A stretch of 64,000 nucleotides of DNA. Origin: Alphaproteobacteria bacterium (GTDB taxonomy: Bacteria; Myxococcota_A; UBA796; CAJQPC01). Both the position numbers and the translations under genes were made by a program. The notes beneath the pieces are model-generated. The model was not told where the DNA came from, made no database searches, and was given only the letters and a program-made list of their open reading frames with translations. This document shows, piece by piece, positions 58,723-64,000 of the stretch (position 1 is its first letter; the number at the start of each line of letters is the position of its first letter). The DNA lies in NCBI GenBank assembly GCA_020632795.1, contig JACKEV010000010.1, positions 159,127 to 223,126 of the forward strand, written 5' to 3'.

Positions 58723-59571
58723 TCAGCCCTCCCGCGCCGCGATGAACACCCCGATCAGCACGATCGCCGCGCCCGCCACCTCCCGCAGGCCAGGGACCTC
58801 TCCGAGCACGAACGCGGCGAGCGCCGTGGCGCCCACGGGCTCCAGGACGATGAGCGCGGCGATCAGCGAGGCGGGCACGTAGCGGATGCTGTAGTTCAGG
58901 CCGACGTGCCCGATGAGCTGCGGGCCCAGGATGATGCCGCCGATCACCGCCCACGAGGCGATCGGGAGGCCCACCAGCGGCGCCTCCACGAGCATCGCCA
59001 CAGGCAGCAGCCAGAGCGCCGCCGCACCGCAGACCATCGCGCCGTAGGCGGCGAACTGCACCCGCTGCCGCACCGAGCGCCCCACCAGGAAGTAGAGCGA
59101 CGACAGCACCCCGCCCAGTGTCGCCAGGCCGTCTCCCAGCAGGCTGCCCTGGCCCGGCGTGAACCCGATCATCACCATCACCCCGCCCACGGCCAGCCCG
59201 ATGCCCGGCCAGAACCGCCGCCCCGGCCGGTGCCCGAGCAGGAGCCCCTCCAGCACCCCGGTCCAGATCGGCGTGAGGCAGACAAGCACCGTGGACCGCA
59301 TCACCGAGGTGTGGTGGATGGAGGCGAACCAGGCCCAGAAGTGCAGCGCCAGGCAGGCCCCCGCGCCCACCACCAGGGCCAGATCCCGTGCCGAGACCCG
59401 CCGCAGGAAGGGCGACAGCAGCACCGCCACCGTGGCCGTACGCCAGAAGGCGATGGTGACCGGGTGGACGTCGGGGATGAGCCGCACCAGGATGGCCGAC
59501 GCGCTGATGGCGACGATCGCCAGCGCCAGGACAGGTCGGACAAAGCGCCCGCGCGACGGCTCGGTGGACAT
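58723..59571 (-). CDS. EamA-family (DMT superfamily) transporter
   Basis: About 10 TM helices arranged as two EamA-like halves. Confidence 0.75.
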   Translation of the reverse strand: MSTEPSRGRFVRPVLALAIVAISASAILVRLIPDVHPVTIAFWRTATVAVLLSPFLRRVSARDLALVVGAGACLALHFWAWFASIHHTSVMRSTVLVCLTPIWTGVLEGLLLGHRPGRRFWPGIGLAVGGVMVMIGFTPGQGSLLGDGLATLGGVLSSLYFLVGRSVRQRVQFAAYGAMVCGAAALWLLPVAMLVEAPLVGLPIASWAVIGGIILGPQLIGHVGLNYSIRYVPASLIAALIVLEPVGATALAAFVLGEVPGLREVAGAAIVLIGVFIAAREG

Positions 59572-59620
59572 CGCGGACGGCTATCCCAGCGCGCCCCCCC
59601 GAGCCACCACCCGCGGCACC

Positions 59621-62600
59621 TCAGCGCTCCAGCGCGGCCTCCGCGACGCGGACCAGCTCCCCCTGCTCGGCGAACTGCTCGACGACCTCCCGATAGGCGG
59701 CGTCGGCGGCGTCGTCTCGCCCCAGCGCCGAGAGCGCCTTGGCACGCCCCAGGGTGGCCCGCGCCCGGTAGTGGCGGTCCTCGGCCTCGTCCAGCACGCG
59801 CTCGTAGGCAGCCAGGGCGCGGGCGTATTCGTCGCTGCCGAAGGCGAGGTCCCCCAGGGCCAGGCGGGCGAGGGCCCCGAGGTCGGGGTCGTCGGGCCAG
59901 TCGACCATCAAGCCCCGCCACAGGGCCTCGGCTTCCTCGGGCTCGCCCATGACCACGAGGCAGGCGGCCTTCTGCTGGGTCAGCGTCGCCGCCCAGTCCG
60001 GCCCCAGCGCCGACACGTCCAGGCCCTCCAGGATGCGCAGGGCGCGCCCGGCGCTGTCCCGCTCCAGCAGCACCGAGGAGAGCCCGATGGTGGCCTGCGC
60101 CCGGACCTCGGGGTCCTCGGCCTCCTCGGCAAGCTCCTCCAGCGCGTCCTGGGCGGCGTCGAGTCGCCCCTCGTCCACCAGCAGCATCGCCGCGTTCAGC
60201 CGGGCCCAGGATCGCTCGGTGGGGTCGCCCGACATGCGCGCGACCTGCTCGTAGAGGGCCCGCGCGGTGACCAGGTCCCCCTGGGCCTGCAACAGCGTGG
60301 CCAGCCCGGCGCGGCCGGTGGCCTGGGCGGCGGGGTTCGCGGGGTGCTCCTGGATGAGCTGCTTGTAGACCTGCTCGGCGCGGGCGTCGTCGCCGGCCTC
60401 GCTGTGGGCCTGGGCGAGCTGCTCCAGGCGCCAGACCTCGGAGTTGGGGTCGGGGCCGTGCAGGGCCTCGTAGCGGGCGACGGCGCCGACGGCGTTGCCG
60501 TCCAGCCGGTCGACCCAGGCCAGCCCCATCTCGGCGGAGAAGGCCGCCTCGGGCAGGTCGCGGTACTCGCCGAGCACCTCCTCGTAGGCCAGGCGCGCCC
60601 GCCCGGTCTCCCCGGCGGCGGCCCGGGTGTCAGCGACGCGCAGGGCGATCATGGCGACGGTGGCCTCGTCCTCGGCCAGCTCGGCGAGGGCGCGATAGCG
60701 CTCGATGGCGCCCTCCCAGTCCTGCTGGTTCACCAGCTCGGAGGCTTCCGCGAGTCCGATGGACAGGGGATCATCGGAGGGCTCGTCGCTCTCGCCGCGC
60801 AGGGCGTCGGCCTCCTCGGCGCGGCCCAGGGCGCGCAGGGCCTGCACCTGGAGGTCGGTGAGCACGGCCCGGGTGGAGCCCTCCAGCAGCCGCTCGCTCC
60901 AGGCCTCGATGTGGGCGAGCGCCCCCTCCGCGTCGCCCACCGCCAGGGTGGCCCGGACCAGCCCGACGACGACGTCGTCCCGCTGGTTGGGCGGCAGCTC
61001 CTCGTCCTCCAGCAGCGCGGCGTAGGTCTGGAGGGCGGTGGCGCTGTCGCCCTGGGCCTCGTCCAGCTCGGCCATCGCGACCTGCAGCTCGGTCTGCCGG
61101 GCCGGGGTCAGCGGCTCCTCCAAAAGCGCGGCGATCTGCTCCTGGGCGCGGGCCCAGTCGCCCCGCCGCCGCAGGATCTGCGCCATCGCCAGCCGGGTGT
61201 CGAAGACCGCGCCGTGCCCCTCGGGCAGGGTGCGCAGGTAGCGGCGGTAGGCGCCCATGGCCTCCTCGTCCTGGCCCGCCTCCAGGTAGAGCCCGGCGAG
61301 CGCCCCCAGGGCCTCCCCGGCGATGACCGGGTCGGCGCTGGCTTCGACGACGCGCTCGTAGCCGGCGCGGGCGCGCTCGGTGTCACCCCGGGCCTCGGCG
61401 AGGCGCGCCAGGCCCAGGGCCCCCAGGAGGGCGGGCTCGCTGCCCGGCTCGGAGGACTCGGCCAGGGAGCGCCAGGCCAGCTCGGCGTCGTCGAAGCGAC
61501 CCGCCTTGAGCAGGGCGTCGGCGATGGCCGCGTCCAGCTCCACCCCGCCCTGGCCCTGGGCCCGCAGGTCGCGCCACGCCTTGATCGCCTCGTTGTAGTT
61601 GCCGGCCTCGACCTCCAGCTCGGCCAGCCCGGCGCGGGCGGCCAGGGCGGCCTCGGAGTCCGGGGCGTCGGCGATGACCGCCTCGTAGCCCTCCCGGGCG
61701 CCGTCCAGGTCCCCCTGCCGCTGGAGGATGCGGGCCCGGCCGATGCGCACCTGGGCGGCCAGCTCGGCGTCGCCGGCCCGCAGCAGCTCCTCGTACATCT
61801 CCTGGGCGCCGACCGGGTCGTCCACCGCCCACAGGGTCTCGGCCAGGGCGAGCTGGGCGGCGGCGACGGCCTCCTCGTCGTCGGGGTGGCGCTGGAGGAC
61901 CTGCCGGTAGAGCAGCGCGGCGGTGTTGGGGCGGCCCGCCTCCCGCTCCAGCCGGCCCCGCAGCAGGGCGGCCTGGGCCTCGACCCGGGGCGCGGCCTCC
62001 TGGGCGTCCAGCAGGTCGAGCCAGGTGACCGCCTGGGCGGGCTGCCCCAGCCGCACCGCCACGGAGGCCGCCGACAGCAGCACCAGCCCGTCCGCGCCGA
62101 GGTGCCGGGGGTAGCGGGCGATGAGGGTGTCGTAGGTGGCCAGGGCGTCGACCAGGGCGCCCCGGGCCTCGTGGACCGTGGCCAGCTCGGCCAGGCGGCG
62201 GGCCTCCAGGGCGGGGGGCAGGCCCTCGATGGCGGTCAGGCCGGCCAGGGCCCGGTCGTAGTCCCCCCAGGCCACCAGGAGGTGGGCCATGGCCGCGCGG
62301 ATCGCCAGCACCCGGGCGGGCTCGGGGACCTCGGCGTCCAGCCAGGCGGCGACCTCGGCGTCGCCCGCCTCGGGCTTGCCCTGCCGGCGGTAGGACTCGA
62401 TGAGCTGGACGAGGGCGCGGCCCGCGAGGTCCGCGGAGACCCCGTCGACGTCGAGCACCGCCCGGCAGGCCTCCCGCTCCCCGTCGAAGCCGCCGATGCC
62501 CCGGTAGCCCTCGGCCAGCCGCAGCCACGCCTCGGCCTGGGGGTCGGGCTCGTCCCCGGCGTCCTCGATCGCGAGGCGGAGCTGGGCGATGGCCTCGTCC

Positions 62601-63985
62601 TGGCGGGACTCCTTGAAGAGCAGCGCGGCCATCTCCCAGCGGTAGACGACCCGGTCGGCGCCCCGCGCGGTGGCCTCCAGCAGCGCCGTGTAGCGCTCCA
62701 TCGCGTCCTCGGTCTCGCCCAGCGTGGCCTCGGCGACCGCCTCGGCCTCGACGGTCTCGATGGGCGCGCTCTCCAGGCTCAGGAACTGGCGGCCCAGGTA
62801 GACCGCGAGCAGCAGGGCGGCGATCAGGGTCACCGCCCCGGCGAGGCGGCTGGGCGCGGCGGCGTCGGGGGACTCGGCCGGGGGGCGGTTCGCCGGGGTC
62901 GGGGCCGGCTCCAGCGGGCGCTCGGGGATGGCCTCCGGCAGCGCCTCCGGCAGCGCATCCGGCGGCGCTTCATCCCGGGGAGCCGGCGTCGGACGCGGCG
63001 TCTCCGCAGGCGACGGCTCCACCGCGGGCGGCTCCACGACCGGCGGCTCCGCGATGAGCTGGTCGATGAGCACGTCCTCGACGTCGTCCTCATCCCCCAG
63101 CCGGCTCAAGCCCTCCCCCAGCTCGCTGAGGCCCCGGCCGACCGCGCGCCCCCGCTCCCGGACGAGGTCGCTGCCGGCGGCCACCGAGCCCTTCGCGGCC
63201 TCGGCGAGGGCGCGGGCGCGCTCCGCCCCGGCCTCGCCCGCGTCCACCAGCCCACGGCCGGCCCGCAGCCCCTGGTCCCGGACCGACGTGACGCCCCGGC
63301 CGACCGCGCCCAGGCCCGCGCGCCCGATGGACGCCGTGGCCCGCGCCGCCCCGAGCACACCGCCCCGGAGCGCGCCGATCAGCGCCCGGATGGCCCCCGC
63401 CGAGCCCCGCAGCAGCAGCGCGAGGCCCCGAACCCCCCGGGTGGCCAGCTCCCCGGCCAGCTCGGCGCCGCGCCGGGCGAGCACCGGGATCCGGGAGGGC
63501 AGCGCGGCCAGCCCCGCCACGCCGGAGCGGGCCAGCCGCTCGGTCTCCATCGCGGCGGCGTCCAGGCGGGCATCGTAGCGGGTCGCGGCGCCCTCCAGCC
63601 CCGAGGACATGCGATCCAGCAGCCCCGAGGCCCGGGTGACGAGGTTGAACAGCCCCCGCCCGAAGGCGACGGTGAGCTGACCGGCCAGCCGCACGCTGGA
63701 GCGCGCCCCCAGCGCCAGATCCACCGTGACCCGGGCGACCGCCCGCGCGCTGACGGACAGCACGGCCCGGATCAGGTGCGCGACGACCTCTACCCCGCGC
63801 CCGGCGTAGCGGATGAAGACCCGGCTCCACCACAGGACGCGCCCGGCGATGCGCGCGAGGTCTCGGGCGACCACGAAGCCGCCCCGGAGGGTATCGACGA
63901 AGACGCGGAGCGCGCCGCGCACCAGCCACACCGCCGCCCGCACCGCCCGCCGGGCCCCGAGCCGGGTCGCCCGTCCGAACGCCAC
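59621..63985 (-). CDS. very large TPR-repeat protein (about 1100 aa of TPRs) with one TM helix and an Arg/Ala-rich repetitive N-terminal cytoplasmic region; start uncertain and may extend beyond the window
   Basis: Dozens of TPR-like helical repeats (A..Y...L...P..). TM segment AGAVTLIAALLLAVYLG lies about 380 aa from the listed start. Confidence 0.55.
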   Translation of the reverse strand: MAFGRATRLGARRAVRAAVWLVRGALRVFVDTLRGGFVVARDLARIAGRVLWWSRVFIRYAGRGVEVVAHLIRAVLSVSARAVARVTVDLALGARSSVRLAGQLTVAFGRGLFNLVTRASGLLDRMSSGLEGAATRYDARLDAAAMETERLARSGVAGLAALPSRIPVLARRGAELAGELATRGVRGLALLLRGSAGAIRALIGALRGGVLGAARATASIGRAGLGAVGRGVTSVRDQGLRAGRGLVDAGEAGAERARALAEAAKGSVAAGSDLVRERGRAVGRGLSELGEGLSRLGDEDDVEDVLIDQLIAEPPVVEPPAVEPSPAETPRPTPAPRDEAPPDALPEALPEAIPERPLEPAPTPANRPPAESPDAAAPSRLAGAVTLIAALLLAVYLGRQFLSLESAPIETVEAEAVAEATLGETEDAMERYTALLEATARGADRVVYRWEMAALLFKESRQDEAIAQLRLAIEDAGDEPDPQAEAWLRLAEGYRGIGGFDGEREACRAVLDVDGVSADLAGRALVQLIESYRRQGKPEAGDAEVAAWLDAEVPEPARVLAIRAAMAHLLVAWGDYDRALAGLTAIEGLPPALEARRLAELATVHEARGALVDALATYDTLIARYPRHLGADGLVLLSAASVAVRLGQPAQAVTWLDLLDAQEAAPRVEAQAALLRGRLEREAGRPNTAALLYRQVLQRHPDDEEAVAAAQLALAETLWAVDDPVGAQEMYEELLRAGDAELAAQVRIGRARILQRQGDLDGAREGYEAVIADAPDSEAALAARAGLAELEVEAGNYNEAIKAWRDLRAQGQGGVELDAAIADALLKAGRFDDAELAWRSLAESSEPGSEPALLGALGLARLAEARGDTERARAGYERVVEASADPVIAGEALGALAGLYLEAGQDEEAMGAYRRYLRTLPEGHGAVFDTRLAMAQILRRRGDWARAQEQIAALLEEPLTPARQTELQVAMAELDEAQGDSATALQTYAALLEDEELPPNQRDDVVVGLVRATLAVGDAEGALAHIEAWSERLLEGSTRAVLTDLQVQALRALGRAEEADALRGESDEPSDDPLSIGLAEASELVNQQDWEGAIERYRALAELAEDEATVAMIALRVADTRAAAGETGRARLAYEEVLGEYRDLPEAAFSAEMGLAWVDRLDGNAVGAVARYEALHGPDPNSEVWRLEQLAQAHSEAGDDARAEQVYKQLIQEHPANPAAQATGRAGLATLLQAQGDLVTARALYEQVARMSGDPTERSWARLNAAMLLVDEGRLDAAQDALEELAEEAEDPEVRAQATIGLSSVLLERDSAGRALRILEGLDVSALGPDWAATLTQQKAACLVVMGEPEEAEALWRGLMVDWPDDPDLGALARLALGDLAFGSDEYARALAAYERVLDEAEDRHYRARATLGRAKALSALGRDDAADAAYREVVEQFAEQGELVRVAEAALER

Positions 63986-64000
63986 CGCGACCCGCCCGGC

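Overview
This is a ~70% GC chromosomal segment, probably from a myxobacterium-like (Myxococcota) genome. Gene order is consistent with that: grpE-dnaK-dnaJ, a second Hsp70 next to a Ser/Thr kinase, planctomycete-type DUF1501/DUF1549 genes, multi-REC GGDEF regulators, and PadR and AraC regulators. The window has two parts. (1) Positions 1 to ~17,100 form a decayed mobile-element and defence island. It holds a ParE-type toxin-antitoxin pair, an IS110 transposase pseudogene, and two tandem paralogous tyrosine integrases. Integrase copy A is inactivated by a nonsense codon plus a nested, itself-degenerate IS66 insertion; copy B is preceded by an AlpA/excisionase-like gene. Next comes a three-gene translationally coupled module of a C39-like papain-fold peptidase, a lipoprotein and a small protein. 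Two cas-less CRISPR arrays with related but distinct 37-nt repeats follow; both end in the Cas6-type handle CATTGAA(A/G)C. The arrays are separated by an IS4/IS5-superfamily DDE transposase insertion, and a relic array-1 repeat sits on the far side of that insertion. The island ends with an intact IS110 transposase and a two-gene operon of unknown function. (2) Positions ~17,100 to 64,000 are core-like chromosome. They contain PadR plus two paralogous accessory genes, an alpha/beta hydrolase, a cytochrome c / molybdopterin hydroxylase (IorB-like) / 2Fe-2S (IorA-like) trio, and an AraC regulator translationally coupled to a sulfotransferase. They also contain DUF72, a DUF1501-lipoprotein-DUF1549-like operon, an M16 peptidase-SRPBCC operon divergent from hemW, grpE-dnaK-dnaJ, an LpoA-like periplasmic binding protein and thiL followed by two tandem CNNM/CorC genes and an HD hydrolase. 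The remaining genes are a Zn-ADH, a second Hsp70-TrmH-like methyltransferase-Ser/Thr kinase locus, a secreted protein, a REC-REC-REC response regulator with a degenerate GGDEF domain, an EamA transporter and a giant TPR protein. No cas genes, rRNA or convincing tRNA genes were found. Many long antisense ORFs in the six-frame track are high-GC artefacts. Coordinates taken from the sequence listing rather than the ORF track (CRISPR repeats, small repeats) may be off by a nucleotide or two.
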